NCBI GenBank assembly: GCA_002189035.1
Contig: CM007989.1
Coordinates: forward strand, 5,394,001 to 5,458,000
DNA: 64,000 bases
From: Utricularia gibba
Lineage: Eukaryota > Plantae > Magnoliophyta
Reading direction: 5' to 3'
Shown here: one piece after another, positions 25,831-37,858 of the stretch
Layout of the letters: each line of letters begins with the position of its first letter
Numbering within the stretch: the stretch's first letter is position 1
The notes under the pieces: generated by a model
The model's database searches: none
What the model was told of the DNA's origin: nothing
The model's input: only the letters and a program-made list of their open reading frames with translations
Program-made: the position numbers and the translations under genes

Positions 25831-26074
25831 GGTAGGCACTACAACTTTTATTTGCGGTGCCTAGAAAGGGACGAGTCCTGCTGTTCTGCTTTCTATAGGT
25901 TACAGGGCTCGATAAATATATTTGGTTACACAAAGTGAAATCAGATATCAGCTACTCATGGCAAACATGTAAAGCATAATATTGTCACTCAAAGCAAAAT
26001 GATCGTCATGATACATGGATATCATAAGTGGATATAATCAAAACAACAAAGGAAAAACGGAGGTGTAACGAACA

Positions 26075-27156
26075 TCATAGACCTCTCACAATCCCATCCA
26101 CCATAACCTCATGTTCTACACTATTGCTATCCAGAAAAAGCTGTAGCTTTATGGGGTTACTCAAGATGACTTCATTCACTCGTAGATGTTGCATTGTAGT
26201 TAGTTGCAATGGCATCCCTCTGATGATGTCTGCAGCAGCATTTCGACGTTCCTGTAGGTCATTGTTTTCAGCAGTAAGAAATTCTCCCAATTGTGTGATG
26301 GCATCATTTGTTCGCTTACTCATTTCTTTCAACTCCTCCACCCAGGTATCAAGTTCTCGACCTTGCCTCCTCTTCTTCTTCCTAGGTTCATCACCACTGG
26401 TCGGTATAGTGTGATTACTTGTGCGGCCTCCAGGAGTCTCTCCTGATGAGGGATACTCTTCATATGTAGAGGATGCATCATGTGATCGTTGGTCACCATT
26501 TTTTTCCGAGTCAACCTCCACTTCAGGATACTCAAGAAGATGCATTGGTTGTTCAAAACCAGCCATAGAGTCATCAGCCTGCTATGTTGCATCAGCAGCA
26601 TCAGGGACACATTTTGCAAATTCTCCAGTGGCTCTATCTTTGCCAGAGATGATGCACCAATTTGGATAGTAAGGCCAACGCTTAAACCGCAACAAATTGT
26701 ACACCTTCTCATTGTGCTGCACATGTAATCCATAAATGTACATTAATAATCTCACAGGAACTACCTACTACATATACATTAGAACAACAATACCTGTTTG
26801 AACTCCACTCACAAATCCTCACTAGCATCTACCATGTTTGTTGAGTTATCATACCCGGTACCTTACTTGTTGAGAAAGTCAAATAAGGCATTGTAATCTT
26901 TTTTCTAGTTATGAATCTTTGATTGCATGTGGCGAGTGCCTCTGATATCTAAGTCGGGACACAATTTGAGGAATGCTTCCTCTAGTGCTTGAAGGTAATT
27001 ACCTTCGAATCCATTCTCTGCTTTCCACCCACCTTGAATGATATCCTTTAGAGCATGAATCAGAAAGCGCTCTTCATCAGGTTTCCACTGTCTTTTGGTC
27101 TTAATGTTATCACCACTTCTCCCATGTTTTGTTGTAGGCACGTTTGCTCCAACCAT
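26075..27156 (-). pseudogene. Harbinger Myb/SANT-like DNA-binding protein with stops
   Basis: KRQWKPDEERFLIHAL...GWKAENGF, WPYYPNWCIISGKDRATG. Several in-frame stops, some at expected Trp codons. Confidence 0.85.
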
Positions 27157-29480
27157 TTCTGCAACCAACACATAAGTGCGCAACCCATGACAAAACCACG
27201 ACGCACGTGTAGCTCAATATGGCATAGGAAGTATAACAACATTATATGGCTTTCAGGGGCACAATTCACATCCATATTACTCAAAAAACATCACGCACAC
27301 TAACACCGAGTCGCTCAATCCACATGGTTAAGGTCATTCAACCGGCAAAGGAAATAAATGCCTCAAATTCGGGAAAAAATACCTGGTGCATCACCCAATA
27401 CCCAATTTTTCGGTAGATCAAAGATTGAGGGTTTCGAATTCCCCAATCTGAGTCTCACGTTTCTACATGTGGGGTCAAAATAGGATAATAAGATATTATA
27501 TTATACATAAAGGGTATATTAAAGAATTCATATTTTCTAGTATTGAGAACCTATACATAAACCCTTCTAACAAACATACAAAATTGATAATACCATATTA
27601 TTGAACCCTATCTACTAAACACATACTTCATTCTAAACCATTATTTATGGGATGCAATAAACTAAAATAATCTAAACCCTTTTAATTTAAACCCACCTAA
27701 CAAACGAGGTCTAAATAATGGAAATAAAGCCTTGGACAGGGGGATTGGCATTGAGAAGGAACGAGAGACACGCCCAAGGTAGAAAAGAGGAGAACTTGTG
27801 CCAAGGGAGAAGGAGTTCATGCAAAGGTAAGGGCTTTACACCAGTTTGTGATATGAGATATGATTTTGTGTGGATTAACTCTCGTGAGAGAGATACAACA
27901 TATTGATCCTATAGACAATTTTACATTGTTAAAACATGATCAAACAAACATATTGAAATCAACTATCAGGCATGACATGATATCCATAAAAAACTTGTTC
28001 AAAACAGTAGGCAAAAAACGTAAACCATGATAGACTCGACAATGGTTTTGTACCCTAAAGGGCCTATTTGAGATATGGGCTACTTTTAAGCCCAAGGGCC
28101 ACACTCTTTTCCTCTCTCTCTTGGGTGCATTCAATGCATATTCAGATGGCAGATTCTTGAGGTGTCCTCATCAGTCCAATCATCCTCATCACTTTGTCTA
28201 CAACTACTTCTTCTTTCGCATTTCTTCATTCAATTCCTTCTTCTTTCTCATCTGCTCCAATGGTTGGATTTGCTGAGCCGGTGTTATTCTCAACAGATCC
28301 CTAAGACCTCACTGTGTGGTTCGAGGTAATGAGCAAGAAAGACCTTGCTATATGGTATGGGGCAATGAGCATATGTGTGGGATTCGGGAGTGCACCCCCA
28401 ATGGCAACACCGCGAGGAGAGCCACACGAACAATAAGTGGGGCCATCGAACTACAGTCATGGCGGCAATGATGAGCATCCATGCTCAATGGGAGAGATGC
28501 CAAACGTGTGGGATTCTGTGTGGATAGGTGCAAGGGCCGATCACAAGGTAGCGAGCTCGTGCAAGGGGCGGGCGGGGTCACGGGCAAGACCATGGCGACA
28601 ACGGCGAGTGCGTGGGACTCGTCGGATTAGAGCCAACCGTGCGTACCATGCGGAAGGGCACGGACGTGTGGCGAGAGGACTTACGAACTGATACGAGAAG
28701 ATGCGGAGATGCCGAGCATGGGCAGTGTGTGGTTACGAGATGTTACGGAGATATTCTGTGTGGGCAGCATGTTAGGGTGGTGGCGAGAATGTGCATAGAA
28801 GGGAGTTTTGTGTTGATATGGGTAGTTGGCTCTTAGGGATGGAGCCAACCATGATAGAACTGACCTCTTACCTGTTCTTGTGTAGTTGGCGAGGCTGGTG
28901 GTGAGGTGGAGGCAGCTGAGATGGAGGCGGAGAGAGGCATGTTTGATAGAGGGAGTTGTACGTGTGGCGGTGTGGCAGGGCTGGTTGTTTCATTTTCCTT
29001 ACTTGCTTAGTACTATTTGCTGCGTGTTTGATGTTATCTTTCCCTTATGCTATGGCATCGTGCGCCTAGGTCGTGTTATCGTGTTTGGAACCTTGACCCT
29101 TGGTTATTAATAAAATGTGTTGTTTACATGCTACGTGCTGTGCTTGGGTGCGATAGGGCAAGAGGATCTAGCGAAAGATGCCGCCAAGGATCCCTAGGTG
29201 CCAAGAGTGGCGAATGGCTAAGGGGATATTGCACCCATACTCTTGTTCCTAGCCTACTCCACGATGATTGATAATAATCTCATATAGAAACCAATTGGAT
29301 AAGTAAGCTCCGATATAATCTTAATTTTGGTTTATCAACTTCAATACCTTTCTTAGGAGTCACATGATTGATAACAATCTCATGTTCTATCATAAAGTGA
29401 TATTTTTCAAAATTTAAAAAAATGGTTTCTCTAAACTTGATCCAAGTTATCTAAACAAGACTCATAATCTTCTCCATATA

Positions 29481-31730
29481 TCATAAAGTCATCCATAAAT
29501 ATTTCAATAAAGACCTCACATAAATGGGATTTGATACCGGTGATGCACCTCTAGAATGTGAAAGTTGTTTTGTCTTGTCATAAGTTTTAAATGGGCATGT
29601 AAAAATCATTTTGTCCTGGTACTTCCCTAAAATAACAACTTGGTTATTTCTAAAATAATCATCCAAAAAATAATAAAATAATTTTTGAGCCATTTTTTTC
29701 AAGATTTGATCAATGAAATGTAAAGAATAAATTTTTTTGTCACTTTATTTAATTTCTTTTAATCCATGTAAACTTTCCACCCATTTTGAACTCCCTTTGA
29801 TACAAGTTCCCCTCTCTCGTTCTCCATTACACTCATCCCGATCTTCTTGGGTACCAATAGATTGTACTCACCCACTCGTTATCGATGATGGAGTAGATAA
29901 TATCTGCATCTTAAAGCTTTACAATTTCTTTGTTTAACACCTCCATCATGTTCTTATTGAGGCATCTTTGAGATTGAAGAACTGGTTTAGCACCATTTTC
30001 CAAAAGAATTATGTGCATGTATATGGATGGGCAAATCCCTTCAATGTCTTCAAGTATCCAACCGATTGACTTCTTGTTTTTGTTCAGCCTTCAAATAATT
30101 GTGACTCTTGGTTTGAGCTCATACTAATGGAAATGATAATAGGGTTCCTGAATTCTGCACTAGAAAAACATACTTCAAATGAGTTGATAATGGTTTCAAT
30201 TACGTTAACTTTTCTTCTTTGGTTTTGGCTTGCATCACACTCAAGTACTCTGATTTCCTTTCAGCCTCTAGTTGAAAAAAGAAACTCTTCAAGAGTTTCT
30301 TCCTTTTCTTGAATACCTTTTTCCAAGTGTTCTTTAATAAGCCTATCCATAATATCTATCATACAAATACTCTCAAAATCATTGGGAAAATTCTTCATAT
30401 ACTTTATTATGGGTAAAATCGATATCCGATGGGAGGCCGATTTTAGGTGATAGGTGGGAATGTCGTGCTAAGTTGTGTTTTTCGCAATAGGTTTTGGTGA
30501 AATGAAAACAGGTGAAGACTTTTTACTTGGAAACCGCCGGACGGGAAAACCATGGAGCTGTCGGAGCTCGCCGGAAAAGATTTCCACTAGATGAAGGTGA
30601 TGAAGAAGAGAATATAAGTTGAAGAGTCCTTCGAGTCCAACCCTCTCTCCGTCATGATTTCTTCTATTTATAGAAGAGCTTGATTTGTCCGAATGCTGGC
30701 ATCTGCAAATATCGGCTGTTTTGTGCTCTTGCTATGCGATCTCGCTTTTCAGATATTGGTCGTCTGTCATGCCGTAATTCAGCCGCCTTTTAGATTGTGC
30801 CATGCGGCCGTATCTGTCAGATTTCTGACAGATATCGGTCTGTCGACTGGCGTTATCCTCTCAGAGTCTCTTTTGGCAGCCTTTTAGAAGCCGATTACGC
30901 CTGACCGATTTATCCCCTATCATACTTCATATCAAGTGTGATCTTGTTTTCATCGAAGGACAACTCAATAGTCCCTATCTTCATGTTAATTATGGCATTT
31001 GAGGTATATAAAAAAAATCTTTCTAGAATAATAGTTATATCCTATGAACTTCAGTAGTTGTATTAGTTGCAAACACCAAATGCTCGATTTTCACTAGAAT
31101 ATCTTCCACTAGTCCCTTTGGAGAAAGTACTCTTCGATCCACAAGTTCTATTTGCACTTCTAACACTTGCAATGAACCCAACCTAAGAGCCTCATAGACA
31201 AAATATGACATAACATTGATGCAAGCTCCTAAGTTTGCCTTAACTCTTATTACACTCAAGTCTCCTATTTTGTATGAGATAAAGAATGCACCCCGATCCT
31301 TACGTTTTTTTAGTAATTTCCAAATGAGAAGAATAGAGTAGCTTTCACTCAATTCTACTTTTCCTTTTTCCTTCAGCTTCATTTTGTCTTGCAAAGTTGA
31401 TTCAAATACTTAATGCTTTTGGCACCAAATCGATTTACTTAAAAAGAGTTAGATTCAATTGAATATTACCAAAAGCTTTCAACATTTTCTCCTTCACATA
31501 TTGTTCTCTTAACTTCAGCCTTCTTGGAAAAGGAGGTTGGATGAGCTTCACTATCATGAGTTCTGAAGGTATCTCAATTTCTTCTTCATCCTCAACTTAG
31601 CCACTTCCCTTATTTTCTTTCGATTCCTCTTTGCAGCCTTGTCAATTTCAAGGTTAAATCAAGATCTATTGTACTTGAAGAATGCAAATGCATCAATTAA
31701 AAATACAATGCAATTAAACACTGATGTTCA
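29481..31730 (-). mobile_element. Highly degenerate Athila-like Gypsy internal region (gag/protease/RT remnants)
   Basis: RT relic YYFLDDYFRNNQ...QDKMIFTCPFKTY (29481-29702) and protease relic ISYKIG...ANLGACINVM (31035-31394). Confidence 0.7.
30405..30922 (-). mobile_element. Solo LTR, Tat/Retand family (518 bp)
   Basis: Homologous to 6399-6902. TA (decayed TG)...CA termini and a perfect TACTT TSD. Confidence 0.9.
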
Positions 31731-31745
31731 ACAACAATTCTAATA

Positions 31746-33497
31746 TGATAAACAATTAGTTTACTATCGTTGTCAAAAGTAAATTATCATATTAAATAAA
31801 ATTCATAATCCCAATTCAAAAAGAAACATTTCCTGACATAAAATACATAACAAAATTGAGGTCAATAATAAAAAGCATGTGCTTCAATGTATTTTTCGAG
31901 ATGGAAGATTCAAAATTCTTTTACTCTTAGTCATGGGCTAAACTAATGCAGTATACTATATTAGTAATTTAAATTAGATAACAATGCATAAAGTAATAAA
32001 CTCAAATTTTTGCACAAAAATAAGCTATGATGCCTTAACTAACTTAGGTGGTGTGGTGAACAAAGCTTGAATTTTATCCCATGATTTTATACTTTTATAA
32101 CTTCAAACAACCTAGGTCTACTCAAGTCGTCGTTTAGGTTATAATTCTCTCTAATTTGTTAATTTATTTCACACATAGGTCAACCAATTTGTGAAATAAA
32201 TAGAAGTAAGTCTATTAGATTCTACTAATTCTACCAGAGAATAATGTCTAATCTATTCATATTAACTTTTTGGTCTACCTTTAAATTGAGTTTCTAAGTT
32301 ATACAACTAGTTATTCTACTCCTTTTGTCTACTCGATGCATGGTAAAATAGACAGTAATTTTGCAAATATTGTGATCAAAATCAAAGATTTGACCTATAT
32401 CACCTTTGTTTATCTTAATACATCTAAATCTAATCATACAAGATGGAAAGTAAAATCATTACTTCATAAACTAAAACTGAAAACACAATCAAATGCATAA
32501 TCTGAACAAAAGTAGCAATACTGAATATTCAGTAAACATAAATAAAAATTATGTTAAGTTTATTCCCATCCGCTACTATTCCGATCGTGGAACAGTAGTG
32601 CTAATCTAAAGGTTACTTTTAGATGTGGAGTTTCTTCCTCTTCGGGTCTCCTTCTTTTTCTAAGGTCTTTGAAGTTCTTTTACATAGAATATCTTCTCCT
32701 GTTATCCATGACATTCGTACTAATCCTATCCTAGATCTACGAATTGATGGCAACAAAGACAATGCTTTTTGTCCCCCTTCAGGTAGTGTGCCACCTCGAT
32801 CTAATGTATGTTCTTTCAATCTGATTTTTTGCTAACATTCAATTAAACATTAATAACAAAAGGTAGACTATTTATATTAAATATCATAAACATCACATAA
32901 AATATTTGTTACGGGTGAAAATCGGTGTTTGAGGTGGAACCGATTTTCGAGTTACTGGTGCAACCAGAAGTATCACACCTTGTTATATTTTTTGGTGACT
33001 AGTTCATTTTGATCGACAGAAAGAAAGGTAGGCGGGGACTTTTACGTGGAAACCGCCGAAAGACAGAAAAACCACGGAGCTGTTAGAACTCATCAGAGAA
33101 ATTCCTTACTAAACGAAGGTGGTGAAGAAAGATACAGGTTGGGAGTCTTAGGGTCGAACCGTTTCTCCGTTATGGTCTCCTTTATTTATAAAAGAGGCCG
33201 ATCTGACCGAATCATGAGTTCTGCTGGTGCTGGCTACTTTTTTGTACTTGTACTGTTATCTTTCTTTTCAGACGACCGCCACCTGTCCTGCCATGAATCG
33301 ACCACTTTTCAGACTATGTCATACCGCCGTTGTCAAATCTCTGACACTAATCGATCTGTCGATAGGAGTTGTCTCATCAGAACTTCTTTTGGTAGCCTTT
33401 TAGACGCCGATCATCCATGCCCAAATTGTACCCCATCAATATTAAAAACTATACAAATAAAGCCAAAATTATAACTAAACATGATGAATTTATATCA
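31746..33497 (-). mobile_element. Solo LTR of the TGATAA (Athila-like) family containing a nested Retand solo LTR
   Basis: TGATAAAC...TATATCA termini. The left end resembles those at 36731 and 47484. TSD TAATA/TAAAA (1 mismatch). Confidence 0.7.
32907..33438 (-). mobile_element. Solo LTR, Tat/Retand family (532 bp)
   Basis: TGTTACGGG...CCCCATCA, homologous to 6399-6902, with a perfect ATATT TSD. Confidence 0.92.
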
Positions 33498-35070
33498 TAA
33501 AAGTGCTAATAAAATATGTACTATCAATCACATGTCATGGGTACATAGTTAAGAACTTATTTTTATTGTTAAAGAACTTAGCATGTTCCAATTGAATTTT
33601 TAGCATTGTCAACTCAGTATAAATTTCAATACTATAATTCAACATTTAAGATGCCTGTATATTATCCATATATTGAGTAGTTTTTAATCTCAAGTATCCC
33701 AACACACTTTAATTATATTCTAATGAATGTTGGATTGGGAATCAAAGTTTTAGAAGGATAGCTATGAATGAGAAAGAGATCCCAATACCGCAACTCAATG
33801 TTTGTAGTAGCCAACTCAAAGTCCATGTCCATATCTAAAATGGGTTAGCTAATCAACATTTGTATACTACGTATATGGATTATATAAGTCAATACAAATA
33901 TGGCTTTAAGTATAAATTCTAAGCTTTAAAGTAAACGTTTGCGGTGTCTAGACATCGGAATGACAGAATGCCTATTCCAGGCACTACAAATGTTGAATTG
34001 CAATACTTGGATTTTATACTTATTTAAAGCTATCCTCCATCTTTTTGAGTAGTGACTTCATTGATTAGATAAATTGAAATAGTCCTAATAACACCAATTT
34101 TATGGGTGTTTTCACATGTGTTTTTATGGGTGTTTTGTATGTCTAATTATTTCTATTTCTCTATTGTGTTGATAGGAATGTGTTTATTGCGAAAATAAGC
34201 TCAATTGGAAATAATTAAGTCGAAAAATCTCATATTTCGCTCTAGTATTGAAAACATACTTTCCACATTGTAAAGTCAAAGAGGGTAGAAAAGCTAAGAA
34301 AAGTGGCTTTTAGCTGAAAGCATACAACCTCTGAAAACAGATATGGAACAAATATTTATCTTCTAGAACTTTATGGAAAAAACGGAGATACTATTCTTTT
34401 GAGTGGGTAAAAGAAAGGAGGACAAGGAGAGAGAGGGAGAGTTGGAAGTAGAGGAGAATATGGTTCTCCAATGACACCTCTGGTTAGTTTCTAAATCTAT
34501 GTTTAAAGATCATATTTATTATCCAAACTTTCAGTTCCAGCAAATCTATGACTCATGGCAATTGCTTGACATTTTATTTTCATTTTATGTTTTACTATTT
34601 CTAACTTTGAATGTGTTCCTATTTTTGCTGTAGTTGTGAACGAAAAACTTCATGTAAACGTTATTTTAGTTTATGTATCTATTTCTGCTTGAGTTCTTTG
34701 ATATTTAATTCTTGAGTGTAATATGATAACTGTTCACATACTCTTTTCCCTAGCCTTTGGATGTGTTAAAATTGAGTACTCTCTTGAGTGACACAAAATC
34801 TAGATCTTGATGTAATCTTGATTGTATCACTTATCTTTTATATTTTCTCAGCACTTTTTTCTTTTTAAGCACTGAAATCATGGAGTAATAATGATTTACC
34901 AAAAAAATGATGCCATTTTGAGACTCCTCTATTGAAAATCGATTACCAAGAAGAGCAAGAGATTAAAAAAATTTAAATCAGTTTGCATATATGTTGCTTT
35001 TACTTTAGGATCAATCATGTTTGCTATGGGAAACAAAGTCAATGTAATCTCAAAATTTCCTAAACTTTAT

Positions 35071-36730
35071 TAGAGGTGTAATAGGTTTGAACCAAAACCG
35101 CGGTGCGAACCAAAACCACGATTCGAACTAAAACTACAATTCCAATTACAGTTCTGGTTTGGTTCTGGAACCTAAGCATCCATATGGTTTAGATTCTGGG
35201 GTCCATGTGGCTAGTTTCAAACCGAAATTGAAGGGTTCGGAATCGGTTGCACATTTAAACTTTATGACCATAGATTTGATAATATCATAAACCAACTGCA
35301 TACCAAAATATTTTTAAATATTAAAGTTATGACAATCAAAGTATGCAACATAAAATACATAATAGGATACCAAACATTACTGAATAACTTCATATATTAA
35401 TGAAAAATAGCAAATTAGCATATATATTATCATCTATTGGAATATTTGTGTTAGTATGCATTTTCAAAAATACAGAAGCAACTTTTTTATTTGGATGAAA
35501 ATACTGAAATGTAAAAATGTAAAATTCCATCAAAGTGAAAAATATTCTTTTAAAGTTTTAAAAAAAATTTTAACTTACATATTAACACTTAAAGTAAGTC
35601 TTTTTTAATTAAATATTTTCATGCTATCCTACACACATTACACAAAACATACTCCATGTCATTTTCATTTAGTTCATCTTAAACATATAAAAAAAATATG
35701 ATAAATTCATGTTGATCTCAATAAACAATCACCTAAAATCGAATTTATAGAAACCTTAAAATCAAATTTATTATACATATTATTAAGGTTAATGTTAAAG
35801 ATACAATCCATATTGAATAATCAATGTATATAGCGGTAAACTCCATTATTTATGCACCAATATTTGGAGAATCAAAAAGTTCAAATCCAATGATCTTCTT
35901 TTGTATAATTGATTTATAATTAATATAATGAGCAGCCAAAACAAAATAATTCTTTCCATTTATGTCATACCAACGTTTACATGTTAAATCAAAATTTGAT
36001 AGATTGAAAAATAGAGATAAGACAGGTTTTTCTTTCTTCAAATTATTTTATTATCTAATGATTTTTTCTTTGATATTGGAGCACACCTAAGCTATAATCT
36101 AGATTAATAGAAATATTTTATAAATAGATTTTCTACTTCTAGGAAAGGTTTCTCACTAATAATCAATGTCATAATATAATCGACTTAATTACCATTAAGA
36201 TTAAACGAAAAAATAGAAATATTGTCATTCATGAAATTCAAAGTAGACTACCTTAATGAATTGTATACTTTATTTTTATGCTTGTTTCTAATGTGTTATA
36301 TGAACTTTGAAGTAAAATCTCCTTTAATATCATTATATATCGTATTACACTATCTACAATATATTTTTTTTTTGCTTCTTTGCCAAGATTGAAATACTCA
36401 TGTCAATTATGGGTGAAGTCTTTTGTTTTGTTAGGTGAAAGATAAATTTTCATCATCACCCGGGACATAAAGGTAGCACAGTTTGATGTGGTTCCGATAT
36501 TAAGACTTACTTGAAAAACCATTGTTAATCATCTTAAAAGTTTCAAATCTAAAAAAACAATAAAAATGATCTAGACCTTGATGCATTAAATTCTTCAGAA
36601 CTCAAAATGTGAAACATTGGTTCAGAAATTTATTAGGATAATCACAGAACTTGATTTTTAAAAATCTTCAAGCACGACAATCTACTTGGAACATGCAAAT
36701 AAGGTGTCAATTGCTATAAAGATACCTTAA
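35071..36730 (-). mobile_element. hAT transposon remnant
   Basis: Terminus-like TAGAGGTGTAA with GAACC/GGTTC subterminal repeats. Transposase relic DLTCKRW...YFVLAAHYI...QKKIIGF (35850-36041). Boundaries are approximate. Confidence 0.6.
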
Positions 36731-37858
36731 TGATAAACGAAAAATTATGCAATGTCGTTAAATGCAAATTTTCCTATCAAATAAATTTATAACCTAATAC
36801 ACATTCAAACATAAAACAATTATGAGCATAATGATTAGGGTCGAACACGAAGAGCAGGTGCTTGCTATGTGAAAGTTAATGCATAAAATCAGTGTCACGT
36901 TGGTAAAATTGGTCTTAGCTATGACTAAGGTAGAACTAAAACGAAATACAGTAAAGAAAAGTAATAAGTTCTGAAGCTCGGTTGTTTCTGAAATAAAATG
37001 GGTGATGCCTTGGGACTCCTAGGGCATGTATGCTCATCCTAAACAAGCTCATACAAACCACAAATCATACAACTAACTCACAAGGTCTTGCTTTTCCCCC
37101 TAATCTTTAGTCTACCTCTAATTAGGGTTGTTAAGTTGGGTTTCACTACTTCCCCCTCTTGGATCTATCTTGGTTTGTTAAGAAAGTGACGTGACTTATG
37201 GCTGTTTAGATCTAAAGATTGATTAACATGTTTCTCCCCTTTTCACCCCAAGGCACCCCCTAAGTACTTAGCCACTCATACTTGAGATAAACGAAAATAG
37301 AAAAGAAAACATCATCCACAATACATTCATGTCTCAATCAACTACTAGAAGATAAATAAGCAGGAATCTGAAATGTTCGATAGAAAGCTAGAAAACGTCA
37401 CTAGCTAATCTTAGCTAGGAGTAATAATCCTTGGAAAACAGAAAATAATCTTCAAGCATAAGCTTAGTTCCTGTTCTTCTTCCTCCTCAAAAAACCTTCT
37501 CCAGAAAGTTGTTCGTGAGTCTCCAAGGGGAGATCTACCTTCTCTCCCCACTTTTCCTCCATTTTTGTCCAAAATCTCCCTTTTTCACTTCCTTGGACTT
37601 TGTGTGTACTCTTTTTCAGACTTCTGTCACCTTCTCTTCCAACACACTGTTCATATTCGGTTCCTTGGGATTTGTATTGCGACTTATGCTGCATTGCTCG
37701 AAGGGAACTGTTAGAAGGTTGGGACTAAATCTAAGACTAAAAGTGCACTCCTACGGTACTTATGTGCAAAAATATAGAAATGGGCAATTAAGCTTAATTT
37801 TTGTAGCACAAAATGAGTAAATTCCATGCATTGAGCCACTCAAAAATATGTGTTATCA
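36731..37858 (-). mobile_element. Solo LTR, TGATAA (Athila-like) family (1128 bp)
   Basis: TGATAA...TTATCA inverted termini and a perfect CTTAA TSD. Confidence 0.9.

Larger units (their letters stand above)
22261..25898 (+). mobile_element. Non-autonomous CACTA(CACTG)-like element with cargo, nested in the Harbinger
   Basis: Begins CACTGGAAACCAGAA. The right end TTCTGCTTTCTATAG matches the expected TIR at 11/15. Both ends carry many inverted pairs of an AGGCAC(C/T)GCAA-type motif. No clean 3-bp TSD. Confidence 0.6.
20288..27711 (+). mobile_element. PIF/Harbinger DNA transposon (7.4 kb including the nested insert), both genes decayed
   Basis: TIRs GTCCTCGTTTGTTAGGTGG and the reverse complement of GACCTCGTTTGTTAGGTGG (18/19 match). 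TAA TSD at 20285-20287 and 27712-27714. Convergent transposase and Myb/SANT genes. Confidence 0.93.

Noticed and set aside
22400-25862. CRISPR-like look: palindromic repeats with variable spacers
   Set aside because: Eukaryotic context with no cas genes. The variable part lies inside each inverted pair, orientation flips across the array, and the pattern fits CACTA subterminal repeats.
28290-29271. Cluster of short GC-rich ORFs on both strands
   Set aside because: No domain motifs or splice-consistent model; probably decayed retroelement LTR/UTR sequence.
34062-35017. Additional TGATT...AATCA LTR-like segment
   Set aside because: Composition is LTR-like but no matching TSD was found, so boundaries are unsupported.
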